A stretch of DNA of 63,965 nt, filler included, from Choristocarpus tenellus KU-1152 (lineage: Eukaryota > Protista > Phaeophyceae), in assembly GCA_964200185.2 (NCBI GenBank). It is 16 parts of 16 records of this genome, joined end to end, with 100 filler letters (N's around TTAATTAATTAA, not from the genome) between each part and the next. Parts side by side here need not be neighbours in the genome. Positions count along the whole stretch, not along the records: positions 11,318 to 14,757 come from CAXNAD020020010.1; positions 14,858 to 18,141 come from CAXNAD020021046.1; positions 18,242 to 27,601 come from CAXNAD020003750.1; 13 more parts are not named here. One strand, 5' to 3'. The stretch's first letter is position 1. Each line of letters begins with the position of its first letter. The position numbers were made by a program, and so were the translations under genes. Below, one piece after another: positions 13,349 to 26,922 of this stretch. Under the pieces are notes generated by a model that searched no databases, was not told the origin of the DNA, and saw nothing but the letters and a program-made list of their open reading frames with translations.

Positions 13349-13617
13349 GAGTCAAAGTATTTTAGAGGGTAGAACCGCGTCCGTTTGGGGGCCAAAATCC
13401 AATGTTGCCCTTTTGATGTAGTTTTGGCTGTCGTTTTTGTTAGGGAGTGTCAATATCCTTGTTCCGGACATACACATGGTACCTACTCCAAAACATATAA
13501 AATTTAATTACTCCCAAGCATTTCGGAATAGGAAAATGTCGTTAAGAAAACCCGTGGAAAGCCAAGCCCCAGACGGACAAACAGGGCAAAACTCGTACCC
13601 TGAAAGATACTTTCACT
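13349..13617 (+). mobile_element. MITE family A
   Basis: Both TIRs present; small internal rearrangement near 13470-13520. Confidence 0.9.
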
Positions 13618-13631
13618 GGGATTTTTATACC

Positions 13632-13877
13632 TTTTTCTGGCTTCGGTCTCTGTTGGATGAATGACCATAGGGTCCCTGGGTCCAGATTAAGCAGGGCTCA
13701 GTCAAGCAAGGTAGGGAGAGGAATAGGTTGTAGAATTATAGATTCTGGGATGTGGTTGGACTTTCTATTTTTTTCTGGTTTTGGTATCCTTTGGATGGAC
13801 GACCATAGGGTTCCTGGGCCCACATTGAGCAGGATCCAGTCAAGCAAGGTAGGGTGCAAGTTGTAGGAGTATGGATG
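13632..13877. repeat. Diverged tandem duplication (period about 140 bp)
   Basis: TTTTTCTGG...GACCATAGGGT...CAGTCAAGCAAGGTAGGG...TTGTAG occurs twice. Confidence 0.8.
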
Positions 13878-14169
13878 CTCAGCGAGAACCCTTCACTTTG
13901 CCTTAACTTCAATGAAAATGTGACAGGAGATTAGCGTATGTATCACTACCCATGCTCTAACCCCCATGCACCGCAAGTGTGTGGATGGACAGGTCAAAAC
14001 GGGAAGGTTCAAAATGTCATAGTGAATATAGAGTCCAAAATTTGCAACCTGAGATGAAGTTGAAGCATTCAGTTGGCCCACTTACATGGTGTATAATACT
14101 CACAACATTTCGGATTATAATTGAGAATGTCTCAATCACTCCCATTATTTGTAGTTCGAGCCAGCCAAG

Positions 14170-14429
14170 GAGCCAAACCAACCGAGATGTAGGCAGGGTT
14201 GTACTTTAAGGATTCCGGCAAAAGACAACAGTATCAGTTTTGTACAATTGCAGAAAAGGTCTTTGCTTGAATTGCGGTAAAACTTTGTGTGTCAAAAGGG
14301 GGGAATATCGATTTTGCGTACACTATTGGGCATATAAAGCAATGAAATAGAGTGCACTGCACAGGGTAAGAAATATGGCTTAGAAGGCAAAAGAGTCCTA
14401 AACTGTCTACCTCTAAATTGGTTAGGCTC
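14170..14429 (+). mobile_element. MITE family C (260 bp)
   Basis: Left GAGCCAAACCAACCGAGATGTAGGCAG; right end reverse complement GAGCCTAACCAATTTAGAGGTAGACAG. Interior shared with 48070 and 53270. Confidence 0.88.
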
Positions 14430-15382
14430 AAACTAGAGACTTTGGGTCAATGGGCTAGACGGGGCTTGACTGACTCCTGGGAGTCCTCCCTTGCTTTTAC
14501 ACTGCCTTGTAGTGTCAGCTTACGAGCATTTCAACGACTGTATTTGTCTGATTAGTTTTCTTGTTTCTGGTTTTCAAACACACTATGATTCATCTTCTTC
14601 TTGGCATATCAAACGACTTCCCTGTACGAAATACAGACTCCATCCTTGTGGTGTTTGTTGTGTTCTTTACTCCACTTGTTTCTTCGTTTCCCTGCATGAA
14701 AGGCTCAAAGTATCTGGGAGGGGGTGGCAGCTGTCCATTTGGGGTCAATTTTTTCATNNNNNNNNNNNNNNNNNNNNNNNNNNNNNNNNNNNNNNNNNNN
14801 NTTAATTAATTAANNNNNNNNNNNNNNNNNNNNNNNNNNNNNNNNNNNNNNNNNNNNAAATCACCCAAAAATCGTGACATGGAAAATGAGCTCTGAATGG
14901 ACAGCCGCCACCCCCCCCCCCCCCCCCGCCTGGATACTTCGAGCCACATCACAAAACATAAAACATAGTGGGACACAATGGGCATGCAATATCACATTTT
15001 GATGGCCCTGAGAGCGGATGCTAGTGTGATGAGCTCTGTACAACAACCGCACGGTCAAAAGGGAAGGTGGTTACTACGCTTTAGATGGGGGACAACACAG
15101 AAGCACTTGACGGTCACCATTTAAGGAAGTTACTCCAAAAGAGAGAACATGGGACAACTTTTTTGTCCAAATTTCACAATTACAACTATGCATTGTATGG
15201 TTGTAGCACCCCTCTGTAATGCAATAGGTGCAGTCTCTCTGTCGAGCTCATTTCTGTAGATCATAGGTTACTCTCAGACCACACTCAGACTCCAAAGCCT
15301 CACAAACATCCCGCTCCTGCACCTTGAGTTAAGAGTGGGTGGGTGTAGTACTGAGTAAGGTGTAAGATGAAGTATGCTCTAC

Positions 15383-15918
15383 CTCCATGTCAATCATATG
15401 GCGCCGAAGTTCGATGAAGGGCCCAGCAAAGCTTTCCTTGGCAAGAAAGAGCTGCTGCGACAGTTTTTTCCTCTGCTGGCAAAACAGTTTGTACCTCACG
15501 TTGTCCCTCCATAATTTGAAGCACTGCATCAGTACGGGGTAGTGGGTATCAGATTTGTTAAGTGTGGACTTCTGTCCATAGCTTCCATAGCCTATTCAAT
15601 TTTTCCGGTAGCACCTTATCATACAACAAAGCCCACAGAGCACTACAGAGCAACCCCAAGGTCAAATAACGAAAAACATGTCCAAATTATACTTGTGGCA
15701 GAGGCTGCAGGGTGCAGAGGCTGTGGGGCAAGTACATGCTGTCAATCCAGGGTGGCATATTTGCCCTTTCCTTGCTAAAATATAACTACAGGTGTTCTCA
15801 GCACTATTTCCTTGTATTTCTCAATCGCATACATACATAATACATACATAACCCATAATACATACATACATACATACATACATACATACATACATACATA
15901 CATACACACAAAACTCTA

Positions 15919-15949
<31 letters not shown>

Positions 15950-17909
15950 CGTGTTGCAAGCCACCCTTCAAAACTGTGTTTTTACCTTTGTGTGCAAATA
16001 GTACTTGAAGAATCGGATTGACCACAGCATATTGAACATTGTGCTCTGGCGCATCCACTCTGAGAGTGGCGTGAACTCGCTCGGCTCACCAGGAGAGACA
16101 TGCACAAGGCCCGCTGACAAACAAGAGAGAGATAGAAGAAAAAGTGGAGGACAGGAATATGAGGAAGAGACAGATGTGTTGGACTAGATGTAGTGGAAGG
16201 GAGTAGGGAGTAGAGAGTACAGAGTACAGAGCACATTGTTTTAGCCATTTTTCCTGTTAGTTCATATTTTCGATTTTAATCCCTTTATTACCTCTAAAAA
16301 CTTTGAAGTCTCCTTGATTTTGAACTGCTTTAGCAGAGTACCCTCTCTTCATTTATAGAAAAAACTTGGATCGGATTATTGTTATTATTTTTCCTCTTGC
16401 TACTGCTATTGCAGCCATATCTATTGCTCTTAAATTATCTGTAGGTACATATGTGATAGCAATTTCATCACACTTAGGAAATGCACATGAGTCAAAGTAT
16501 CTGAGAGGGTAGAGCTGCATCCATTCAGGGATCAAAATTCAATGTTGTGATTTTGATTTAATTTTGGCTATCGCGTTTGTTAAGAAGTGTCGATAACCTT
16601 ATTCTGGACACACTTTTTTATATCATACAAATTTTTCCTACTCCGAAACATTTCGGGGTAGGAAAATGTTATTAAAAAAACGTGGGAAGTCAAGCCGCAA
16701 ATGGAAAAATATGGGAAAACTCGTATCCTCTGAGATACTCTCACCCACATGAAGGTCGTTTTTGGGGAGACAAGGCATTGTGGTCGGATGGCAAGTGCTT
16801 GAGGGAGGCGGGGGCTTCAGCACAACGCTTTTATAGTCAATAGCACATGTATACACACCAGCACTCATAATGTAGTATGAGGGTCCACAGTCTCGGGGGT
16901 TGACAACAACCAGGTCGTACGGTCTGAAGTTGATTCCCGTCTCTGCCCTTACCAAGTGCACAAACTTGATGAGAGAGTTCGACCCATACTGAGCAAAGAA
17001 GTTGATGGTATCGTCACCCTTGGATGAGGAACAGAGAGGGGAAGGAAGAAAAAATAAAAGGACTGTGATGAAGAGATCCTGAAGAAAAGGAGGGCGAAGA
17101 TTTTTTTTGAGGATGTGGTGGCATTAGGGACGGACTCAAGAATCTCTTTGAGGTAGCTGGTATGGTGTGATGCGGCTTACTTAGCTCCAGGTAATCCAGT
17201 TGGCTGTTCCGAATCCCAGGGCTTAAAGATTGGCTTTTCATTGCACGGTGTGTCAGGTTTTTGTACACTGATTTTGGACGTGCTCTTGCAACACAAAAGA
17301 ACTGAGAAAATCCAGCACACTGTGTTGTTATTGCATCTTGAGCTTATCAACAACTGTTCCTTCAAATATAAAGCTCACATCTCCCTGTTATTTTTTAGTG
17401 TGTTGTGAAGGGAACACCAAAAAAGTATCTGGTTCAACATCCAATCCATATGTATTTTGAGCTACTTCAAAGGATAAGTTTGCCTTGTAGAAGTAGAGCT
17501 CTACATAATTAGTATCATTCACCCCTCACCGTCTTCAGCTGAAAAGCTTCAACATCATCTATCAACTCCACCCCTTGGGCTGTGCCCACTCCTCCGGCCT
17601 CTCCTGCCCTGGGCACTTCCCCCCCTGCCCTCCGGTCCCCGTTCTCCAGCTCTGCTGCTATCTTGAGGAATGAAGGAGTGTCTACTGATGCACCTGGTCC
17701 AGCAAAAACATACTGTTACCATAGGCAAGGTCACACTTGTTCTAGTAGGGCCTTGACCTTGGCAATGATTCAATTCAAGTTCTACTCACAGAATGATTGG
17801 CAGTTAATGAAAGGCCAGAGAGGGCAAGATTCAGGACTCAAGGGATGGAACCACAACCTGAAGTCAGCATTGAGGGCCTCAGAGTGAATGGATTCGAGGA
17901 AGTATTTGG
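15383..17909 (-). CDS. DNAH6: Axonemal inner-arm dynein heavy chain N-terminal region (DNAH6-like), partial, possibly pseudogenised
   Basis: Phase-compatible GT-AG exons 17909(?)-17530, 17018-16859, 16113-15986 and 15523-15383 join to give ...FQLKT|GDDTINFFAQYGSNSLIKFVHLV...FRPYDLVVV...YYIMSA|AGLVHVSPGEPSEFTPLSEWMRQSTMFNMLWSIRFFKYYLHTK|CFKLWRDNVRYKLFCQQRKKLSQQLFLAK. The upstream candidate exon has four in-frame stops. Confidence 0.72.
15828..15950. repeat. Compound microsatellite (TACA)n-(TA)n-(TG)n in a dynein intron
   Basis: Seen directly in the sequence. Confidence 0.95.
16489..16746 (+). mobile_element. MITE family A in a dynein intron, TSD ACAT
   Basis: TIRs and interior match family A; ACAT on both sides. 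Confidence 0.92.
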
Positions 17910-18705
17910 CTATGAAGTGGGAGGAGAGGCATGGGTGAGGATGTTCAAGTAGTTGGGAGGCACCGGGTCAGTCAGATAGAGAGTCGTTTTGTGGTCAATG
18001 AGGTAAGCACTTAACAGAAGGACAACATGTGTATGTGTGCTCATGTTTGGGTAGCTCAGGTACATTTTTGATTCACTCTGAAGCAAAACAGGTATGAACT
18101 CCAAAATATTAATTTAAAGACCCAAAGTATCTGGGAGGGGGNNNNNNNNNNNNNNNNNNNNNNNNNNNNNNNNNNNNNNNNNNNNTTAATTAATTAANNN
18201 NNNNNNNNNNNNNNNNNNNNNNNNNNNNNNNNNNNNNNNNNGGGGGGGCACTAAACACATTGAATTCAACGCACTGATCGAAATAGCCGTTGGGTCCATT
18301 TTTTCAGATCGTTTTTCACGTGCTTCTTTCGAATATCATAAAATAAATAGAATATCATAAAATAAACAACAATTGACTTAACATAGTATCATTTTGGAGT
18401 GCCTGCATATAAATAAAATTATGTACCAATATATATTTCTGTCAACATTTTATTAATATTTTTATGGAATGGCGATACACTTGTGCACAAGAGCTCTTCG
18501 AGGGTTTGCAAACCCTCAGAGGAAAAATGAGTCACGCTGTCGGTGTTCTTGCCACAGCGACTTCTTTGCTCTCAGCTTCTCAAGGACCAACCAAGTGCTG
18601 TTGCAATAGCGTCGCAATTGCAACTACCACCACTTGATTGAGTTCTCATCGAATAGAATTAGAGTCTAAGGGTTAGGGTTAGGCAGACTATTCAAAAGTA
18701 CAATG

Positions 18706-18732
18706 TATATATATATATATATATATATATAT
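18706..18732. repeat. (TA)n microsatellite
   Basis: Seen directly. Similar tracts: (TA)n 23186-23227, (TC)n 25524-25549 and 49370-49395, (TAT)n about 19195-19264. Confidence 0.95.
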
Positions 18733-19068
18733 CCTTCTACTTTGGAATGTGCAGACAACTAACACTAAAGGCAAGCTTACTTACCACTGTTGCGAGTTCA
18801 TGAGCCATGAGGGTGCCTGGGTAAGATTCCTACCATGAGAATTGCGAGTTCGAGTTCCTAGGTCATGAGAATAGCGGCAACTCATCCGTCACATATGCCC
18901 GCTCCCTCTGCAGAGGATGATGGCAACGGAGACTACCGATACATTAAAAAACAACAGGTTCACAGGCTGACGGGAAACAGGTTGAGGTTGAGCAATAAAT
19001 AGAGCAGCAGAAAGCGATGCATAGCAAGGAGGAGCGGGGGTAGTGGGCAAGAATGAAGGATGCATAGT

Positions 19069-19170
19069 AAGGATGGTTATTGAGTCTATTTAGAAAGATC
19101 AACAAATGAAGGATGGTTGTTGAGTCTATTTGGAAAGATCAACAAATTAGGCCAAGATCAACAAATTAGG
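19069..19170. repeat. Nested short tandem duplications
   Basis: AAGGATGGTT(A/G)TTGAGTCTATTT(A/G)GAAAGATCAACAAAT twice, then AAGATCAACAAATTAGG repeated. Confidence 0.88.
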
Positions 19171-20599
19171 TGAGCATATAGCAAAAAATATATATTATTA
19201 TTATCACTATTAGTGCTGTTACTATTATTTTTATTATTATTATTGTTATTATTATTGTTATTATTTAGAGCAAGTGACTAATCCAAGAAATCAACTCCGG
19301 AACTCAAGGTCAGGGGACATGGAAGACTATCGCGGCGTGGAGGAGGGGCAGGAAAAGAATGAATGGTTCAGGTCGGGAGGTCAACCGCGTAGGACAGATT
19401 TTTTCAAGGTCAAGTCACTAGAGTGAGCACAGACTTTTCTCATCTGCTGTGTCATCGCGATGGACAATTAAATACCATTTCCTCTCGGTTATCTTAAAGA
19501 AATATCTTAAAGAAATGCGTCTGGTTATAAAAGGAAAAAAGGGACTCGAATAACACTTCCCTTCAAAAACGTCTTCAGGCACGGCCTGATTATGACCCCC
19601 AATTGTAACTGCATGTAACTACATTTCTCCAGATGATTCAATTCGTACCCCCAAAATGCACGCAGTTCACCACACTGTCATGCAGGGGCATTGTATTAGG
19701 GGATACCTTTAACCTGTTTGTTGGCCATTGGCTGTTATGGAAGTACAGCAGGCACATTTTCATCCTTCATCTACTTGAAAAAAACCACAACAATATCCAA
19801 CAGAAACTGCACACAATACAATAGAGGAAGGGGGGAGGCGGGGGGAGAGAGAGGAGTATCTCAGCTTTCGACTAACTGCACCTATCCCTCACCTGCTCCC
19901 CTTGGGAAGATTTAGGTTGAAGTTGCGCAGGACCGGCTTTGTCATCCCGTCATAGATAAATGATAAATCGTCCACCATAACAACATCCCTTTCTTCCTTC
20001 ACAACCACTTGGCAGCAGTCACTGCCATTCAAGGTACGAGCCATTGATACGTTTGCCCTAACTCACATCATCCACAAACGGCATTAAGGTTAGGGTTTAG
20101 ATCGAGGATTGGGTCATGGTTAGATTTAGAGGATGAGGCTGTTTGTAAGAATGTGAAGCCCGTTTACTCCACAAAAATACCTGCTTGCTGATAGGTTATG
20201 CTTTGCTCTCTCGAAAGTGGTCTGGGCAGTGAGTGTGCTTGAACAAATGGTAGAGTTGATCCTACCCACGGATTGTCCCTAAAATTGTTGTCTACTGGAC
20301 AGTCTCGCACACACAGGAGGCCTTGACTCTCTGACGTGGATACTGGAACCAAACTTCCTCTGCTATGTGGTGTAGGTACCATCAGTGCTATCCATCGGTG
20401 TACTGCTGATACACAGATTTAGTCATCCAGTTATTTCTCCAGGCATCTACTGTCTTGGGGGTTGGAAGGGGATCACCATTGACGCAACATCTTGCCGCTA
20501 CGCCAATAAGTAACTTTGGAAAATTGAAGATTATCGGATATTTTGCTGGAAGAGTACCTTCAGTTGCAATGCAACTCTCCTTTCCTGACGCTCCTCGCT

Positions 20600-21250
20600 T
20601 TACTCACACACATTTGCCTCAGTGGACACTGCTATTTCTCTTCAAAGAGGAACTGCAATCTACGGAAGAATATCCTTCTACCCAATCTAATTCTCTACTA
20701 TTCTACTGCTGAAAATTTTCACTAAGCCACCATGGTGATTCAAGGTGTGGTGTGATAAGAATTAGGATTTATGTTGTGAGGCAGCCTTTATACTGGTTCT
20801 ATCTCCTTGAGGTTCTCGGTCATGCATACATTCCTGGGTTCCAGTAGGCATAAAATAATTGCAGATTACGCGTGATAGCAAAGGAGCTTGAGCAGTGCTA
20901 AGAGGAATCTCTGTGGCTTGTACGCCCAACTTATCCCTCGAATAGGGCCATTCATGCCTCTATAGAAAGGTTCAAGTAGAAGCTGTTCCCTACTGATCCG
21001 TGAGACAGCAGTGATCCCGAAGGATAACTTCAAACCGTACCAACGCAGTACTTCTAGTGACTTTTTCTCCCTCTCCCTTTTCTGTGTCTTCTCTCACATG
21101 CTATCTGACTAAGCTACAATTGCTGGACACTTCTCCAGACAGTGGACGATTGCAAATATGACGCTGCCGTTTGTCAGTCATCCATACACCATTCCCGCCT
21201 TTCCTAAATTAAAGCCTTTACTCACTTTACAGGTTTCCTCGGTTGCACCT
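20600..21250 (-). mobile_element. Degenerate LINE (RTE-like) RT fragment
   Basis: GMVY at the expected GMLYADD position, then EKTQ and EA*MALFEG..W resembling KTE and ALLYGC..W; many frameshifts. Confidence 0.35.
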
Positions 21251-21499
21251 CCTCCTTGATGCAGAGGCCGTCCAGGTTTGTCAGATTATGTCGAGTTGTG
21301 GTGTCGAATTGTCACTATGACTCACTCCTGGTTCCTCGAACCGTCAATAGATGTACCGCAATTAGTCACTACAGAGAAAGGTATACCATATATTGTCTAC
21401 AAAACCACAACCTCAATAAAGAAAGATGTCCAAGTACCTCCTCATCATGTGGGTGCCTCTGGTTTCGTCCTTAGGCAGGGTTAGTCCAACCAATATATT

Positions 21500-22900
21500 G
21501 ATCTTCTTTCTTTTTAGATTGAACTCTTATAATGTAGAACTCGTTCGCCGTTGGAGTAAGGTGCCTTCATCAGTAGCAATGACTTCACGCCCCCCTCGAG
21601 CGATTAGGTTCATGTGTAGCCTCCCCTCGACACTTTTTCCGTTGGTCAATGGCGAATTTCCTTTACCGTGCTGTGGCAGAGGGCGAGATACATCGACATC
21701 GCGGGCTTGGAAGTCAGGCTTCGAGCACCAGATGGAAACTACTTCCATCACAACAATTTCGAGTCATGTTTTAAGCACTTGCAGGACAGGTCCTTGCTGT
21801 TGCATATTGCAGTGTGTATTTCTCGAGGATGTATATTTTTTCCATCCTAGCTGTCGTTTCTCCACTAGATTATTCGTAGGGGTTTTTCGTAGGGGCGCCT
21901 GGATCGATTTTTTTGTACTAGACTATTATTATTATTATATCCACCTTCCTGTAGAATGTATACCTCAGAATCTGTTCCCTCATGTGGTATCAACATTCCT
22001 TCCTGATGACGTCAATATCAGGTTGTTTAGTGGACCTTAGAAGCCCTTCGTCTTTCACTTCTCTTGTCACTCCTTTCACGAGAAACCCTGTGAGAGTTGC
22101 TCACCCTCTTACCTTGTCTCTCTCTCTCTTCCATTCCTCTCATGGATCTTCCCCCTCCCCTTCTGAATTCAGTCGAAAGAATTTTCCACCGGTTTCCACT
22201 TATTTCACAGTGGCAACGACCGCACACCAGTAGTAGTACAGAAGTGGGAAAGTACTTCAAAAGTACTTTGGGGGATACTCTTAATGCATTGCCCACAAGG
22301 TGAGCACCACAAACCTGTCCCAAAAATATATGTAAACCACATTGTTCCAATTTGGATTTAGTATGATCCAGAAGACGAAACTAAACTTTCCACATCATGG
22401 ACAAACAGTTTCAAATATTAATATATAGAGAACGAGCATGCAGAATATTTTTTCCCACCCAATTATGAATGAGATCCTTATTCTTTGAATAAGATTCTCC
22501 TTGAGGGTGGAAGGAATGTCCTCCACAAAATCATCCAGAATCTTTGTTAACACAGATTTCCCGGCTGTGGACCACCAAGTCATGCAAATAATTAATGTCC
22601 TCATATATCAAGGTGCAACTAGTTGTCCTCTCCAGGTTTACAAACTCCAATATCTGTCTCAAGAAGAGCACTTCCTTAGCCATGGCGCTTAAGTCACATG
22701 TTCAGCCTCACATTGCTAGAAACTTAGTGCCTTGAGAGTCCCAACTAGTTTTAGATGCCACACAAAACCTATTGAGCTTTCCAACCACTCCTGGAGTTGC
22801 TGCCACATCCTCTGGCAGTTCAATGTAGATGTGCTCCTTGATGTGATATACGAATTTGGTGAGGTTCGAAGTTGAGGTATATTTGTAGAATTGTCGGTAT
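21500..22900 (-). mobile_element. Degenerate Ty1/Copia RT (and possibly RNase H)
   Basis: HIKEHIYIELPEDVAATPGVVGKLNR matches the Copia EEIY.E.P.....V.KL.+ motif; followed by TLKALSF*QCEAE. Confidence 0.55.
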
Positions 22901-23180
22901 CTGGTGTGATGTAGTCCAATTCGGACACGCCTTCCGTATTAATTCCGTTCCTTTTTGTTGTCTGCTAATCAACAGTTTTGAGAGTAGTTCCGCCATTTTT
23001 TGTGCAATTTGAAGGGGTAGGATGACGCATTTGTTTGAACAAATTCTATTTTAATTGCGATTTGTTGAGTTTGTGTTGCCTTGACGAACAGCCTCAAAGG
23101 TAACAGCAGATTAGGAGAATTGTCGATATCTGGTGCGATTTATGCATTTTGTGGACGTGCAAATCAATCAACATAATAAC

Positions 23181-23229
<49 letters not shown>

Positions 23230-23732
23230 TGCTACAATGTTCGCATTTTCTGACTTTTAGAGATAAACCTACTTACGACAGTTGTTGTGCCTTTTTGATG
23301 CGATGTACGAATCTTGTGAGGTTCCATGGTAAGGTAGATTAGGAGAATTGTCAACCGACAGCTAGTGTCCTCTACTACTGGAGGCCTGGTTGTTCCTGCT
23401 GGCTGGTTGAGGTTCTCTCCCTCTCTTCCCCTGCGCACAGCCCGCATAGTGGTACAATATTCTCCTTGATACATATATATATAGATATATATCCCTGACT
23501 TGCTTGCTTTATCAGCTTGAGTTGTGGCGTATTGTGATGTGCAGTAGGTTGAAAGGGGTGTGTAGGTTGGGTGTGGTGGCAGCGATTCAAAGTGCCTGTA
23601 CAAAATAGATGGTGCCTGTTCAGAAAATGCGAAGCGCAAACATGTTTGTGCTCGGTATAGAAAGCTTATTTCGCGCAATGACACAGAATTAGGATCAACT
23701 GGTGAGATCTGGCAATAAAAGAGAATCGGTCC

Positions 23733-23991
23733 GAGTCAAAGTATCTTAGAGGGTAGAGTCGCGTCCAATTGGGGGCAAAAACCCAATGTTGTGATTTTGA
23801 TGTAATTTTGGGTATCATGCTTGTCAGGAAGTGTAAATATGCTTGTTCCGGACACACCTTTTCAAAAGGTACACATTTTATCTGCTCTGAAACATTTCGG
23901 AGTAGGAAAATGTCATTGAAAAACCCGTGGGAATCCAAACCCCAAATGGACAAAAAGGGCAAATCTCGTACCCTCTAAGATACTTTCACTC
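23733..23991 (+). mobile_element. MITE family A, TSD TCC
   Basis: Clean TIRs; TCC on both sides. Confidence 0.94.
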
Positions 23992-24788
23992 TCCTCTAGA
24001 AGGAGGCAACTATGTGTTACATTCAATAGCGATAAAAAGAAACACTACACTATCTGAATCCTGGACTTATTTAGTTGACTCAGTGCATAAACCATGACTG
24101 GTTCCACATAATGTTTGGGAGTTAATTTTTGCAATAATACCTTTGATGTACATTACACTAAGAATTTGTGTTAGGCATATCGCGGTATTTGCTACTAGTT
24201 GTTTTACCTCATGCGTACATGAATGATCTCCACTCATAAGCAGGACTTACATTTAACGCTTGAATTACCGTTGAATAGTACTCTGCTTGGACTCCTTACT
24301 GGAATCGATAAGTAGGACTTGGTCCACAAGTCGGACTCAATTTGTCTGAAATGTGCAAGTCACCTTAACCGCATGGCAAAAAAAGAAATTACCGTAGATG
24401 GGTTGCAAATGTGGAAATTTCATGGTACACTATCGTTTTTCACTGCTTACAACATCCTGTGGATGAACTGCGCATGCCCTATCCATCACAATAAAAGAGT
24501 TTTCAAAACCATGTATGCTGCAGATATGAGCAACCCCTGTTATCATTGCTTTATGAATAAGTTTGGGCTCAACATAGGAAGAATCAACCAACACAGTCCA
24601 ACACCTCTTCGCCTCTGGGCAGTCATTGGCAACATGATACTGCTTCCGAATGATAGAAAATTGCCACCCTTTCTACAAGGAGGCACTGCACTAGTACCAC
24701 TCTCCCAAATTCACATTCCCTGCAGCTACTGTAGTGCAGCCGTGAAATAGCTTAGCCAAGCCTAACAACTGCAAATAACCTCAGTTAC

Positions 24789-25516
24789 CTTCTCATCACC
24801 AATGCCACCCATCTACAAAAACCCACTGCTCCAGCTCAGAACCACGGACTACTGTAGCTAGACAATAACCATCTACCCTCACCCAACCAACCTACTGACG
24901 AATCGGTCATACTCAAAAGCGCACCATGTCGCCAAACAAGTGTCACCTCAGGAGGAACATTCCAGCTTCCCCTCCCCATCATCAAAACATCTCTAGATCA
25001 TCTTTCAAAAAATCACGAGCCAGACACAGGATTGTCCCTAATGACATACTCGTCGAAATAGACTGTAACAAGCCAGGTGACTGGCTTACGACATGGTTCA
25101 GGAGCGGGCCGACCCCCAGTCTAGCAAGAGTATCTGGCACGCCGCTTATCTCAGGCATGGCTTGTCCTGCACACAATATGTAACAGAAAGAGAAACAGCA
25201 ACACAAGCACAAAGTCACTCACTCGGCAATGTAATGCAATAAACGCAAAAGAGGGAAACAAGAACAGACAGAGGAGAGGAGGTATCTCGTGGCCACCCTA
25301 CAAATAAGGGTGTCCCGGGGTACTGCAATGTTGAAATACGAACGAAGGGTGCTAGCATAAGATATCAAGCGTGAAAATATTGTTCAGCGAAACGTTATGA
25401 TACACAAAGTGGTAGCATCAAACGTACATTACACCATCACACAGTCGAATTGGAACAAACTGGTACAACTTTTCGCAGGCCGTTGAATATAACCTAGCAG
25501 GAGTCTGATGACCAAA

Positions 25517-25548
<32 letters not shown>

Positions 25549-26922
25549 GATGGAAGTGCATTCAATGCAGCAGGATATCCTGAGTGGCATACATAAAATA
25601 CAACCCTCATCGTGTAGATTCACACCAATCAAAATTCAACGGGGGAGGCGGGTGGGGGGGGCAGAGACCACCGATAAATGCATTCACCTCCCACAAAGTA
25701 TACCGCTTAAATTCATTGAACCACCCCCGGGATTTTAAAAATGTACCAGTTTTTCATTCCTCTTCACCAACTGTAGAAAAAAGAAGTTTCAACTCACTTC
25801 TTCCTATTCTTTGTCGTCTCTCTCAAAACCCGAACACCCAAAAAAAGAAAAATACTTTCCGTACTGCGTGGAGAGCAGTGCATTCAACGTGCTCGATGCA
25901 CTCCCGACACTATCTATACGCACGCTGAAAATTTTGACCTCTTAGTCAGGAACAGCTGAAGAAATCGTCCAAAACCTCGAATGAAGCCCCCCCCCCGAAG
26001 AGGGAGGTATAGGCATGTGGACGGGAGGTATACAATCCCGCGGGGGCAAGCTCTGGAGTGTGAAATTCTACCAAAACTTACGTTGAGGTTTGAATACTTC
26101 ATTCTTTCCACCGCAACAAAATGCCTTTTAAAAGTCAAAAAGTACTTCAATAGAAACAGATCTACACCAAGATCGAGCCTCTTACTCATGACCATTTTAA
26201 GCGGTTCGAATACGGTTTCGGTTTATTTAGTTGGTGGTACGGTATTGACCACAAAAAAAACTGTCAACGGAATATATATATATACATAGATACACACACA
26301 CATACATACATATCGAATTGCTTTTACCGTTCCGGGTAGATGTATAGTGTCATACTGCTCTGTCGACTGCTAATTTCCAAGTCAGGGGCAATAAGCTAAA
26401 CTTTTGGATAAGCTGGGGCCGAGTCTGTGAAAATACTCCTCCCCCTCCAGGCATTGGATCCCTTGTATAACATCATGTCTAATCAAACCTAGCCACCACT
26501 CCAGCCCCCCCCCCAAAATACCACCCTCTCGAAATCCAGTAGAGCATTAATGGTTGTACAACAATAACCCTTAATAAACTTGTTTGCTAACTTGCCAATC
26601 GAAAGACTGCAACGCTGAACTTAACCCCCCCCCTAATTGCACATACTCCCTCGCGGTTATCTCTTGAAATGACAGAATCTCAACGAGCAGCACATTGTAA
26701 AAAGAAACGGAAAAGAATATATCGTCAAGATCCGACAACTCCGGCAGTAGGCCTCAACCACACAGCACCAAGCTTTGATTCCCAACACACCATACCATAG
26801 GCCACTAAAACTAGACTGAAATGGACATTCCTCATCTCAAATTGGACACTCCTGGTCTTACCCACTGTTTCATCCATCAGGTACAGTGGCCTGCCCATCA
26901 TGGTCTTCAAATCGCCTAATGC
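24789..26922 (-). CDS. Unidentified spliced protein-coding gene, internal exons
   Basis: Exons 26922-26862, 25166-25090 and 24812-24789 have AG acceptors and GTAAGA/GTAAGC/GTAACT donors, and join in phase: ALGDLKTMMGRPLYLMDETV-GQAMPEISGVPDTLARLGVGPLLNHV-MGGIGDEK. Confidence 0.6.

Noticed and set aside
17177-17301. Extra dynein exon bounded by CAG and GTAAGC
   Set aside because: Its phase does not fit between the flanking exons, which already join in frame (LKT|GDD).
17530-17909. Alternative genetic code (stop reassignment) to explain the in-frame stops
   Set aside because: All three stop types occur together with CpG loss, while other exons and the 1.1-kb FN3 exon have none. Mutation or intron status is simpler.
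21426-22040. 204-aa plus-strand ORF as a gene
   Set aside because: No recognisable domain; it lies antisense to a decayed Copia region.
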